Shown: positions 37,897 to 50,769, numbered from the stretch's first letter. The stretch is DNA of 64,000 bases from Octopus bimaculoides (GCF_001194135.2 NC_068983.1:150842569-150906568); one strand, 5' to 3'. Notes: a model not told the origin generated them from the sequence alone. Numbers and translations are program-made.

Positions 37897-37945
<49 letters not shown>

Positions 37946-38477
37946 TATATATATATTGGTCCAGTTGAACAAATCACTCCAAATCTTTTTCATAGTATCC
38001 GTTTAAACAAAGTATGGACAAGATAGCTTGTAATGGCTTGGACTCCTGTAATATATTATAGATAAAGTCAAGCCAAATATATATATATATATATATTGAA
38101 TGCATTTTATACACACGTTTCAGATCATTTTGCAAAAGAGGAATTCATCTCTTACACTATATTGTCTTCAGTTAAGGCATTTCAAAATATATCCTTACAT
38201 ATAGTCTTGACCAGTTTATATCAGCATAGCAACGTACTAAAGGAGAAAAGGATGCAGTAGAATTTGTGTAGAGAGAATATGAAAGTAGAGACACAAAAGG
38301 AGGAAAGGGTGGTTGCGTGGGGAGTGGTTGGAGGGGAAAAAGAAACTTATGAGAGTGATAGAACTATAGAACTAAAGCGGTGGTAGAACACAGACAGACA
38401 GACAGACAGACACACACACACACACACACACATACACACACACATACACACATACACACACACACACACACATACAC

Positions 38478-38955
38478 ACACGTATTTCCTTTACTCCTTT
38501 ACCTGTTTCAGTCATTTGACTGTAGCCATGCTGGAGCACCGCCTTTAGTCGAGCAAATCGACCCCAAGACTTATTCTTTGTAAACCTAGTANNNNNNNNN
38601 NNNNNNNNNNNNNNNNNNNNNNNNNNNNNNNNNNNNNNNNNNNNNNNNNNNNNNNNNNNNNNNNNNNNNNNNNNNNNNNNNNNNNNNNNNNNNNNNNNNN
38701 NNNNNNNNNNNNNNNNNNNNNNNNNNNNNNNNNNNNNNNNNNNNNNNNNNNNNNNNNNNNNNNNNNNNNNNNNNNNNNNNNNNNNNNNNNNNNNNNNNNN
38801 NNNNNNNNNNNNNNNNNNNNNNNNNNNNNNNNNNNNNNNNNNNNNNNNNNNNNNNNNNNNNNNNNNNNNNNNNNNNNNNNNNNNNNNNNNNNNNNNNNNN
38901 NNNNNNNNNNNNNNNNNNNNNNNNNNNNNNNNNNNNNNNNNNNNNNNNNNNNNNN

Positions 38956-39008
<53 letters not shown>

Positions 39009-39175
39009 TACATATATACAACAGGCTTCTTTCAGTTTCTGTTTACCAAATCCACTCGCAATGGTTTGGTCTGCCCGAGGCTATAGTAGAAGACACTTGC
39101 CCAAGGCGCTACACTGAACCACGGACCATGTGGTTGGGAAGTAATCTTCTTATCACACAACCACGCCTACGCCTA
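38478..39175 (-). mobile_element. SINE family A spanning a gap (tail 38478-38591, head 39010-39175)
   Basis: Both ends match 19797-20302; the gap and a (CA)n tract occupy the middle. Confidence 0.85.
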
Positions 39176-39184
39176 TGGTACGCA

Positions 39185-39620
39185 ACCTCACCATCAAATA
39201 TAAACCCATTAAACAAGTTTGATTTTTACCATATCTAGAATCTTGATGAAGGACAACTCCGAAACATTAAGAACTCAAAATGCAAAATGTTCATAGTCAG
39301 CAACACATTCAGTTAAGCATCAGCAAATCCCAGAATCAACTGTCGAACGGATACTATTAAGTGTTCGAAAGATGGGCAGTAGCTTTCAGTCCGGCAATGT
39401 CAACAGCGCGTAAAAACATAAACGCTACCTAAGAAGTAACAGACAAGAAGCAGGGGCAAAACATAGGAGCAGTATGATCATTATGTCTACACCTGCTTAT
39501 AGTTACTAAGGAGAAATACAAGTTCCAAATCTCAAACGTAAACTGTCCTATTCTTATAACTACCAAGCATAGACATTTTAAAATGTATTATAGGAAACAG
39601 GAACATATTAAGAAAAAGAT
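39185..39620 (+). mobile_element. Very decayed LINE fragment (post-RT region), clade undetermined
   Basis: Residual IKQV..LPYL, LDE..L..IK.SKC and FERWAVAFSP pieces resemble the YLG..LD..L.F..HI region and what follows it. Confidence 0.35.
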
Positions 39621-40344
39621 ATTGTTATCCCAAGGACTATAGAACTAAAGCAAGCAAACAAACGAATATAAATATCAAAACAAACTAACGAACTAAATGT
39701 AATAAACAATCATTAACATAATCAAAAATATACCTTGCGACATTCACGCATTCACGCACACGCATTCTTACGCGCGTTTCCAAGTCGTATGCAAACGCAA
39801 TCATATATCTTTCCGTGTATTTGTAAAGTGCAGGTATCCGATTGTCGAACAGGGAATTGAACATGTATAATCTCCTAATGATGGTTTTAAGCACACAGAA
39901 AGGGAAGATGAAAGAGCAAGTGAGATCTAGAGAGGGAGAACAGCATGTGTGTGAGAGAGAGAAAGACACACACAAATAGATAGACAGACAACATTTTTAT
40001 ATGTTGCCAAGAAAATGCCATCTGCCTTTCTTATCAATAGGAATACTTTACACATATAACCACCAGGGTTCACTCATACTTTTCTTACTCCGCCCCAAAA
40101 GACCAATTTACAAGAATGATTCCTTTCTTAAAGACATACTATGTAACTCTATCTCTATGCTCTTTTTGTCTCATTCATACATGTCACACGCATACACATA
40201 TCTATAGAAGCAAACTGGGTATGTACACACAAAGAATAACAGATACGCAAGGATACTAATGTCTATATATGAATATATTCCTTAATGGTCATCAAATGAA
40301 ATATAATAATGGCTAAGATGAAAGCGCTCTTAGAAAACACAATG

Positions 40345-40490
40345 CCGTCAAGTGGTAAAGAGGCTCGCTTTGCAACCACATATATTCGGGTTCAGTCCCA
40401 CAACAAGATACCTAGGACAAGTGTCTTCTATTACCAATGCTTTGTAGGTGGATTTGTTAGAAGGAAACTGGGTGGAAGTCCATCATATAT
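40345..40490 (+). mobile_element. SINE family A, decayed 5' half
   Basis: gtggtaaagaggctcgctttgcaaccacat...gggttcagtccca...ggacaagtgtcttcta...ggaaactg. Confidence 0.7.
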
Positions 40491-40689
40491 ATGTATGTGT
40501 GTGCGAGTGTGCATGTGTGTCTTTGTGACTGTATTACACATGTGAGTGTGTGTATGTATGCATGCATGTATGTATGTATGCATGTATGTACGTATGTATG
40601 TATTTCTCTCTCTCTCTCTCTTTATATATATGTAACACAAAAGAAGGAAAATGACACAATTTACATATTTTTAAATATATTTCACAAGA

Positions 40690-41378
40690 TAGAATATTAT
40701 CATAGTCTTCCGGTTTCGTGTTTTTCTAATTATGACTGGAAAGTTGGTGAAAACATTGCAATTTCGTAGTATCTTCAGGAGATTTTAGTCCATATTGTTC
40801 ATATCAGAGTTTGTTCGTAAATGAACCAACATGTAGGAAAATCTAAGGGGAGCAAGTCCTGCAAACCCTGGCAGAACAAAATCCCATCGTAACAGTTGAG
40901 GAACTAGCAGAGAAGCTTGGATTTGGTCATTCAACCATTCATCAACATCTACGTGACATCGGGAAAGTCATAAAATTGGGTGAGTGGGTTCCTCATAAAC
41001 TTTCTGAATCTAATCGCGCGCCCACATGTAGCGAGGATGACATTCCAAAGGCTGGCGCAGTTTGAATAGAAAACGATACCCCACCCACCAAAATTCGCCG
41101 GACATTGCTCCATGTGATCATTTATTCCGCAGTTTCCAAAATCATTTGGACGAAAAAAAAATGAATTCTGTAGACGAAGTCAGAACAGTACTGGAGGAGT
41201 ATTTTTCGTCACGGACAAGTGAATTTTGGAAGAGGGGCCCTGCAAGTCTATCAGATAGATGGAAGAGCATTGTAGAAATGAAGGAGAATATATTTTAGAT
41301 TAAAAATGAACTTTGTTTATCTTAATTTTTAAAAATAAAACTATAAGAAAACCGCATTATTTATGGAATGACCCAATA
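40690..41378 (+). mobile_element. Internally deleted mariner (DD34D) element with 3' TIR
   Basis: TVEELAEKLGFGHSTIHQHL..IGKV.KLGEWVPHKL is joined directly to ARPHVA...PHPPNSPDIAPCDHLFRS...RWKSIVE. The element ends gcattatttatggaatgacccaata followed by TA. Confidence 0.85.
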
Positions 41379-41460
41379 TAAACATATACATGCATACATA
41401 CACACACACACACATACATATATGCATACGTACATATATCCCTATCTCCCCCCCTCTCTC

Positions 41461-41526
<66 letters not shown>

Positions 41527-41534
41527 TATATATA

Positions 41535-41675
41535 TGTAGCTAAGAAATTTGCTCCTGAGTCACAAAGTCCCGAATTAGAACACACTGCATGCCATCTTGA
41601 ACAGGAGCCTTTTAATCATGCCCTAGGACGATCCAACTCTTGTGAGTGATATTTACTTGGCAGAAACGATTTGGA
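41535..41675 (+). mobile_element. SINE family A head, very decayed
   Basis: taagaaatttgctcc...gccatcttgaacagg...cttgtgagtga...gcagaaac. Confidence 0.45.
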
Positions 41676-41919
41676 AACCCCTCTGATAAATTGCACTCGT
41701 AATTTAAAGGTTTAGTTTTGTTGCTCTGTCACTGCGGTTCTGTCTGAGAATTGCATGAAAGGAACATGTATCTGCAAAAATGTTCCCTCCCTCATACGGT
41801 TGCTGAACGAACAGGTAGTTCTGTTTAACGGTCAACCGACGTAGATCAAATACACACGCACTTACATATGTATATAAGGAAATCTATAAAGAAAGAAGGA
41901 AAAGGAGAGAGAGGTAGAT

Positions 41920-42344
41920 AGATTATTAAATAGATAGATAGATAGACAGATAAACTGGTAAGTAAATAGATAGATAGATAGACAGATAAACTGGTAAGTA
42001 AATAGATAGATAGATAAATAGATAAATTGATAGGTAAAATGATAGATAAATAGATAGATAGCTAGATAACCGGGTCGTTGGGGGACCAGAGAGATACATA
42101 TGAAAATATATAGATGAACAGATACATTGATAAACACAGACGAACTAATGGGACTTTTGACACGTAGACAGACCGGCGTGTAAGAGTAATGCCAGATATG
42201 ATGTTGTGGATAATCAGAGAGTGAGAGAGAGAGAGAGAGAGGAGGGGGGAGAGAAAGAGAGAGAGAGAGAGAGGAGGGGGGAGAGAAAGAGAGAGAGAGA
42301 GAGGGAGGAAGAGAGAGATTTGTAGATACTCACACACACGTGCA

Positions 42345-42370
<26 letters not shown>
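41920..42370. repeat. (GATA)n-derived tandem units plus (GA)n and (TA)n
   Basis: tagatagatagatagacagataaactggtaagtaaa occurs twice in tandem; the GA tract contains a duplicated gaggagggggagagaaa unit. Confidence 0.85.
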
Positions 42371-42383
<13 letters not shown>

Positions 42384-42779
42384 AGAGAGAGAGAGAGAGT
42401 GTGTGTGAGCGAGAGCGAGAGAAAAGGTAGAGAACAGGCAATCAGATACATAGATAGCCAGAAAGAACGGAGAAAGAATTCAATATAAGCTTTTCTCACT
42501 GTGTCTCGGCGAGGCAATGTTACGACTTATCAAAATTGATTTTCTTCATTTTACTTGCAATTTCAATGATGCCGTCTTAATTACACACACAGTTAAGTGT
42601 TGATGGAATTTCTTGCCAAATATTACCCAAGAGTTTACAGACATTCAAATAGAATTGTTTTCCATCAAGCAACGATGCCAATAATCTAATGAAAACCGAA
42701 AAGTCGTATATAATTGTATACGTATATATAGCTACATACACTTACACACACATGCACAAAGACACACAAACACATATAT

Positions 42780-42840
<61 letters not shown>

Positions 42841-43249
42841 GTGTGTATCTATATATGTGTGTGTGTGTGTGGGTATGTATGTATGTATGACTGTATATCC
42901 ATACATGTATATATGTATATACACAGAGACAGACACATATATGTACTTGTGTGTGTGCGTGTGTGTGAATGCATGCATGTGTGTTGGTGTGTAAAAGCTC
43001 ATGAGCGCGTGCGTGTCAACATTTTAAAAGTTATATTCAATTTACTCATTATATTCTTGCTCTTTGAGTCGGCAAAAAGCCAATTTGTGTAGAAGTGGGA
43101 TGCACGGTCGAAGGCTTTGCTTTTCATGGCTACAGAGAACGTTGTTTCGTGGGTCTATAGGCTAGGGAAAGATAATCACTGACATGGAACAATAGAAGGG
43201 TTCGATGAGGATGGGTTATCGTTCTCGTTTAGTCTCTAGCAGCTAGTAA

Positions 43250-43478
43250 CTTAGAATAGACCTACCAAAATACGAAAATACCATTCCAGACGCAGCCTCG
43301 CAACCTCTATTCACTTGCGGTACACTTATAATATTCTTTTCAAAATTCGGCGGCGCATCTTTACTAAAAGTATAACTAAATGTGTAGGGAAAACAATTAT
43401 ATTCAGGTGACACTACGGCACACCTAGCATCGTTTTTTGGCACACCAGTGTGCCGCAGCAGACCGGATGCAGGGCACT
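43250..43478 (+). mobile_element. Probable hAT-type MITE right half
   Basis: Ends ggcacaccagtgtgccgcagcagaccgg...cactg, like the CAGTG...CACTG hAT MITE ends. The left end was not found. Confidence 0.45.
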
Positions 43479-43699
43479 GGTTAAGACCTTACCTGGCCAG
43501 CAAACTGACAAAACTATACCTGTCATAATCATTCCAATTTGTTTTGTGTGTAGTGTAACGAGGGGTTTGGCAACTCTGCAGGGAGGAAGGGGGGAACTGA
43601 GAACAAGAGGCAGCAAACATTGTATACATGTATGAAGGAGTGCAACATACCAGTTTCAAATACTGGCAAAAGGCTAGCAATTCCGGGAGAAGTGATAAG

Positions 43700-43812
43700 T
43701 CCATGACATTGACCCCAGTGAACTGGCATTCATTTTATCGATCCCGATAGGGTGAAAGGCAAAGTCGGCCCGGGCGGAATTTGAACTCAGAACTCAAAGA
43801 CGGGTGAAAGAA
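43700..43812 (-). mobile_element. SINE family B fragment
   Basis: ttgaccccagtgaactggca...atcgatcccga...gaaaggcaaagtcggcc...ggaatttgaactcagaac. Confidence 0.8.
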
Positions 43813-44324
43813 TGCTACATACATACACAGGTAACCTGTGTATATAACAGACATATACAAACACCCACACACGTAGTAGCACAAACTCGATCTACACAAG
43901 CATGAGACACATCGATGACCACGCATGCACCCTGAAAGATTATTGTTGCACATTTCTCTCTCACATACACACACTTATAAACACACAAAAACGTACACAG
44001 ATGCATATGTCATCAATTAGCCAACAGTTCAACTTCTAGCAATCAGTAATCACTCAGTATACGAACATTCATATAAGCACAGACACACTGAATATGATAA
44101 TGACAATATGAGTGACACACACACTTCTGCCTCTGCGAACACGACTACACACAGATATGTACATGTAGCAGACAAACATAAACGCATACATGTCGCATCG
44201 CACACTCACACACACGTATGAGAGCGTATGCACGCAAACACACAATCAATCGCGCTCACACAGAAACTCTTCTTCAGCTTCCTGACGCCCATATACACAT
44301 ACAGGCACAAACCAACATGTACAC

Positions 44325-44573
44325 CAATGGTTCTCAGGGATTTTTTACGCATCAATCCCTTTGATTTCTATTTTACTCGGAAGGACTCATAGCCATTCTA
44401 CGTTTTCAGAAATCCTATTATACTTTCATAACTATTATTAGGAATTGTATAATTAAAACAAAATTCTGTGTATTATAAAAGCATAATCAATTTGTTGCTC
44501 ATAAATGTTAGCAACAAAATCACGACCCCCCCCCCACACCAAGTCTCATATGGTACCCGGTTGAGAACTACTG
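44325..44573. mobile_element. hAT-type MITE with TIRs and an 8-bp TSD
   Basis: Left end caatggttctca, right end ggttgagaactactg; flanks atgtacac (44317-44324) and atatacac (44574-44581) match at 7/8. Confidence 0.8.
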
Positions 44574-44740
44574 ATATACACAGACATATGTACTCGCTTT
44601 TCTGTCTTAAAACAGCCCGTATACTTTACCATCCAACATCCAGTCAGTCAACAGTCAGTATGTAAACCAACTTGACGTAGTTGTATGCGCCTACCTTTTC
44701 TTTCTTTTACCAGTTTTATTCCCGTCTTTCCCTCTCGATT

Positions 44741-44786
44741 TTTTCTAGTATCCGAAGAAGGGTAATGTCTGAAACGTTATAGAAAA
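44741..44786 (+). ncRNA. Degenerate minimal type-I hammerhead-like motif (Penelope-type terminus relic)
   Basis: ttttctagtat-ccgaaga-agggtaatgtct-gaaa-cgt-t-atagaaaa. Palindromic stem III acgt, bulged stem I, and U4 changed to C. Confidence 0.45.
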
Positions 44787-44939
44787 TAACTCTTCTCATT
44801 TCCATGAGTGTAAAGCTAAAATTATTGATTGTGGAACCTATTCCGTCCTTTTTTTAATGTATTTTTGCTTCTCGTTTTTCGCGATATATTTGTGTGCGCG
44901 AACGTTTGCTTTCCTTTTTTCTTTGGTTGTGTGTGTGTA

Positions 44940-44987
<48 letters not shown>

Positions 44988-45270
44988 NNNNNNNNNNNNN
45001 NNNNNNNNNNNNNNNNNNNNNNNNNNNNNNNNNNNNNNNNNNNNNNNNNNNNNNNNNNNNNNNNNNNNNNNNNNNNNNNNNNNNNNNNNNNNNNNNNNNN
45101 NNNNNNNNNNNNNNNNNNNNNNNNNNNNNNNNNNNNNNNNNNNNNNNNNNNNNNNNNNNNNNNNNNNNNNNNNNNNNNNNNNNNNNNNNNNNNNNNNNNN
45201 NNNNNNNNNNNNNNNNNNNNNNNNNNNNNNNNNNNNNNNNNNNNNNNNNNNNNNNNNNNNNNNNNNNNNN

Positions 45271-45313
<43 letters not shown>

Positions 45314-45857
45314 GTGTGTATGTGTGGAGAGAAAGAAAGAGAAAGGGAGAGAGAGAGGGAGAGAAAGGCCGAAGAAAGAAGAACCCTGAAATGAAGTTTT
45401 ATTTAATTAACAGATGTATTTTACGGAAGACCGAAAGGAAAACAAACAGATGTTACAAATATCATGAAAAGACTGCATACAACGGATCAGAACAAAAAGT
45501 GTACTTATACATAGATACTTGCACAGACACACATATACACGCACATACACACACGTGCACATAAAATCACGCACATATATCACGTGTGGGCGCATACGCG
45601 CTGATGATTGGTTCACGTGCTAAACACCGTAAGCATTAGGTGGAGTGTCATTAATATTTTACTCATGCTAGTAAGTGTTCAAATCATGCCAGAAACTATT
45701 TTGCTTACTAACATATAAAAATATGTTCAGTAATTATCTAAATCAATGACATTTACCTTCCTCAAATTTGAAATCATGTATTACGCAATTTATAATCTGA
45801 GTTATGAATTTTAGCAAGAGAACTCGCGGTTCTTTGCCTGGAAATCGATAAAATAAA

Positions 45858-46153
45858 TTGTTGTTGTTTGTTCCTTCTCGAGCCATACCTGGCTCATAAG
45901 GGCCGGTTTCCCGGTTTCATTGGCTTATAGGTTCCCCACCTTGATGGGTGGGACACCGTTCCGTCGCAGGTGAGCTGCTAGATGCAGGAGGAAAGAGCGA
46001 GAGAAAGTTGTGGCGTTTCGCAGTCAGCAGAAATTTGCCTTTACCTTCTGCCAGAGCCGCGCGGAGCTTAGGTGTTTCGCTAGTAAACATATATCGCCCG
46101 CGATCCCTCGACCGCGTGTCCATTGCCCTAACTATTAGGCCATGTGCCTCCAC
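45858..46153 (-). mobile_element. SINE with family C head/body and a different 3' half
   Basis: The reverse strand has head ggaggcacatggcctaatagttagggca...gcggtc and ccacaactttctctc as in family C, then cctgcgacgga...ggaaaccgggaaaccggccc...(caa)n instead of the family C tail. Confidence 0.75.
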
Positions 46154-48169
46154 GATAAAATAAAATACTAGTCAATATTTGAGGGAGATATAATTAACAA
46201 TAAATCTCCACTTATATTTGTAGTAAAATTATCATTAAGTAATTAAATCGATAAAAACAGTACAGTGAACTTGCTGTGAGGAACGGAAAACCCATCGTTT
46301 CGGACAGAGTCCTTCTTCATGGGAAAAGATGAAGGGAAAGTAATGAGAGTCAGCGGAGTTTTGCGCCCTCTAAGTTACTGTACTCTTTCCATTGAATTTA
46401 CAACTTAGTATAAGTTTTGCTGACGCAGAACAATACCAGGCTCTTTGGAGTTTGTTTAATCATAAATGTTATTGTGTTTAAAAGGACTAAATGTGTTTCG
46501 ATTCCCACTGCTTGTCGCTTGGATTTTTACCATGCTTTAAATTATTGATTGCTTGCACTATTTTTCTCTGGTTTCGGAGAAAAGAGTATAATTTAGGGAA
46601 CAAAAATGTCTTTTCCCTTGTTCATTAACAAAATTACTACACCATGTAAAAGCTACATTCCTCACTAAAAAAAAACCTAAAAGAATTCCATTTCTCAAAA
46701 GAATACTTATTTCAGGATAAGGAAAAAATAATGGTTTTTATGATAGAAAACAGCATCATCTTTGACAATTGAAGTCACCCAACAATTACGATAATACGAA
46801 ACAGTAATAGTAACACAGACTTGCGTTTCACCAAGCAAAGCAATAAATGGAAAGTTAGAATTGAGCGATACAAAAAGTAGTTCCGACCTTTCTCTTCTCT
46901 TTGATTTCCGGAGCGACCTCGAATAAATGGGCTCCTGATATGAATTACTAAAGTAATAGAATATCTACTTGGTAGAGTTGTGTGGCAGAAAAGAATCCAT
47001 ATATCTTCAAATCCACGGGTGTCTTTCTCATCACTTATAAAAGAAAAACTATCGGTAACTCTGGATGGTGTGTGTGAATAACATCTATATCGACTCATGT
47101 TGATACCACGGAACTATATGTTTAACATTTATAGAGGAGGCTAAAGTACAAAGCAAACCGAATTATTGTTTCTCATACCTCTTCAAAAACTCGTACCTAA
47201 ATTCTTGGGACGGCTTAACACAAGGGTCGTGATAATGAATACTGGTTGCAACATTCCCTCATGGATCGTCTTCACTTCATTGGAACAAGATGAGAATATT
47301 GTAAGCTGAGGTAAGCAAGGACAATATTTGGTCGAATGAGGATAAATAATTCTTTTTAATCCCGGTAAGCACAAAACCGTTCCGGTTTTGTGGAACAGTA
47401 GGAGCATGTTATAAGCGATGATTTAAGCAAGAACTGCAGTGATCAGGTGCGGTTTATACGATATACAAGTTCATATAATTCTGAAGAGTACAGACCCATC
47501 CCAGAAAATCTCTGAGAATTTTGATTCAGGGTAGAAAGCATAGCTGCATGCTCTTAAACGCTTTAAGTGCTTTCTAAATATAAACCTCTGGGGAGTAGCG
47601 GGCCTGACACGCGGTCGGGAAAGACCGTAAAAAAAAAGAGAGAAAAACATGGAAAGTAAAGCCGTCAAGTTGAAATTTTGAAGAATCAGTGAAGTGGGTC
47701 ACACTCCTATCTAGATTGATATGAAATTTACGGTTCGGCGAACAACTAGCGTGTTCCTGAGACAAAAGGTGGTTGCTCTGGAGTGAAATAATGATGACAA
47801 TATAATGTGTGCGGTAGACGAAATTGGTCAGGTTTTAAAATGTATCCAAATGCCAAAAATTAGAAATAGATGAACAGACATCCAATTACCTAACAGGGCT
47901 AACCAGCAGTAGCACATTATCTGGTTTTAATTATTGTGTCTATTATTATAGTACTTTTATACAATTTGTTAGCTTTGATGTTTCTGTATGTATTAGAAAG
48001 TTCCAAAGAATCCTTATATTTTCTCATTTAGATACATCCCCAGGTTGATACTTATCAGCACTTTTGATTTTATAATGCCAACATATTAACCAGTGTAGAT
48101 ATAGGCCAAAGCTGTCATGTCTAGATTTATACTTTACTGGTACTAGCTGGTAGAATCGTTACTGTGCTA

Positions 48170-48752
48170 GGCTAGCAATTTCGAGGGATAGGGTAAGTCA
48201 ATTACATCGACTCAAGTGCACATTTGGTACTTATTTTATCGACCCGAAAAGGTATATATTTGAACTCAGGACGTAAAGACGGACGAAATGCTGCTTAGCA
48301 TTTTGCTCGGCATTCTAATGATTCTGCCAGCTGGTCACCTTATTATTTGCTTCATATTAGTTTCAAAGTTTGGAAAAGAGGTAAATCGATTACATCGACC
48401 CAGTATTCATCTGATACTTATTTCATAGGCAAAGTCGACTTTGGCACCATTTTGAACTTAAAACGTTAAGATGGCCGAAATGTCGCTAAGCATTTTGCCT
48501 GTCGTGCTAACGTTTCTTATTTCTTTATTTCCCAGAAGGGGCTAAACATAGAGGGGACAAACAAGGACAAACAGAAGGATTAAGTCGATTACATCGACTC
48601 CAGTGCGTAACTGGTACTTTATTTATCGACCCCCGAAAGAATAAAAGGCAAAGTCGACCTCGGCAGAATTTGAACTCAGAACGTAACAGCAGACGAAATA
48701 CCTCTAAGCACTTCGCCCGGCGTGCTAACGTTTCTGCCAGCTCATCTGCTTT
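48170..48752 (-). mobile_element. Three tandem SINE family B copies (48170-48345, 48360-48515, 48520-48752)
   Basis: Repeated gtcgattacatcgac...actggtac...atcgacc...tttgaactcagaacgt...ctaa(c/t)g...ctgccagct; the third copy is nearly intact. Confidence 0.9.
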
Positions 48753-49043
48753 CTATTTGCTATGTATTAAAAGAGGCAGAGTATTACACATATTCATACC
48801 TTTAGTATAACGCGTTTGGCAAATTTTTTGTCACACTGTGGCAATTTTATTAACAATCCAATCGATACATTTCCTCTACACAGGGCTTGAATTGACAAAG
48901 GCTACGATAAATAAAGAACATTGTCCAAGTTGCCACGCTGTCGACAAAACCTATGATCTCAATATTGCAAAAACCAACTTGTTGAACATTCAACTGTATC
49001 TGTGTCCTTATATGAAAGCAGTTGATAATTTTATATGCCAGAA

Positions 49044-49239
49044 CAGTGGTTCCCAACCTGGGGTTTGCGGAGCTCTGGTGGTCCGAATAGGTAGTACTAG
49101 GGATCCTTGAACTAAATTCAAAATTTCATTTATGTATACATAAAGATAAGCATATTAAAAGGGGTCCGCTGGAAAACTCATTTAAATAAAAGGTGGAAAC
49201 CACTGTTGGGAACCACTGTGAAAAGATTGGGAACCACTG
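49044..49239. mobile_element. hAT (Charlie-like) MITE with a triplicated right terminus
   Basis: Left end cagtggttcccaacc; right ends ggtggaaaccactg, ttgggaaccactg and ttgggaaccactg; flanks tgccagaa / tgctagac (6/8). Confidence 0.8.
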
Positions 49240-49433
49240 TGCTAGACTATCACATATAACTTGCATTATTATTTTCTATGACAAACGAACGTTTAGAATG
49301 TTGTAAAAAACTTGCTATGAAGAGAGAAACACCAATAGCAAACTTCTGTTTACCAGTGTTGTCCCTGGAGGATAAGACACGTAAATCGGGTATATATCGG
49401 GCAACTATACATCTCTTAATAAATGTGAGGACA

Positions 49434-49434
<1 letters not shown>

Positions 49435-49522
<88 letters not shown>

Positions 49523-49645
49523 ACATTTATCATATATATATATATATATCTACACATAAATACATAAATGTATAAATATTATATCGAATATGTAAGAATG
49601 TTTTGCATAAACATTAATACACACCCACAAATAAGTGTATGTATG

Positions 49646-49676
<31 letters not shown>

Positions 49677-49920
49677 TCACACACACGCACATACTCACAC
49701 ACACACACACACTCACACACACACACACACACGCACACACACACACATGTATTTATATGTATGTACACATATGCACACGTCTGGGCATGTGTGCGTGCAG
49801 ATATGTATGTGTACATGTATACGTGTGTGTTTATGCGCGCGAGCGTGTGTGCATACATATAATATATACATATACATACACGTGTGTATGTACATATATA
49901 TGAGTACGTGTGGGTATGTG
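49435..49920. repeat. (TA)n and (CA)n/(TG)n compound microsatellites
   Basis: Seen directly in the sequence. Confidence 0.9.
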
Positions 49921-50449
49921 TGTTTCTCGGTGACGTATATAAGAGAAAAATAAATACTATACACATTGAAATTCATGAAAAAAAGATGGAAGCTAAGAGA
50001 AAACACCAACAAAAAACTCATAACGAATAAAATAAGAGAAACAACATCAAAACAAATGAAAATACAAAGCCACGGGGACATATGATACAGTCCATGTTGA
50101 AATTGTTTTTATCTAATAACAGTTGTAAAATGTGACGGTGACAGATGAAATCCGACCCGTCCGTCTATGAAGCCCGCTCTGTCTTCCTGTAATAGACTTA
50201 ATGTTAAGTGGAATGGACGACGGCTATGTTATTGGAATAAACGGTATGTTGGCGTGGAAATTAGAATCTCTTTAAACAAAGAATGTATTTGGGGAGATCA
50301 GTATGTCTTAACAACCAGGAGGAAAGAATACAGAAATAATTAAAGGCTTAGATATATGCTTTTGTAGATATAAACATTCGAAACAAAGACACCGGCCAAA
50401 CGTAGTTTCATGTATTGAATAAAAACAAAAGCTTATGCAAATATATTGT

Positions 50450-50769
50450 TAGTGGTTACATACATACACATATACATACATATACACACATACATACACA
50501 TATACATACATACATACATACACACACATACATATATATACACGTACATGCATACTTAAACACGCACACAAACATATATATACATAGATATACGTATACA
50601 TAGATATACATACATTCTCATACACATACACACTCTCTCAACAACCCCACGCACACATACACACAAATATATATATATATATATATATATTAAATCTACC
50701 CGCCAAGAAGAAAATGTATATATATACATATATATATACATAAGTACATATATATATATATATACACAT

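Noticed and set aside
39242-39300. Hammerhead-like ttgatga-agga-caac-tcc-gaaac
   Set aside because: No stem I partner can be formed, and the segment reads as part of a decayed LINE coding region (LDE..L).
47481-47530. ctgaaga...gaaa hammerhead-like spacing
   Set aside because: No stem II or stem I complementarity.
48838-49110. ORF containing CPSCH (CxxCH heme-binding-like motif)
   Set aside because: Single short motif with no other cytochrome features, and the ORF runs into a hAT MITE.
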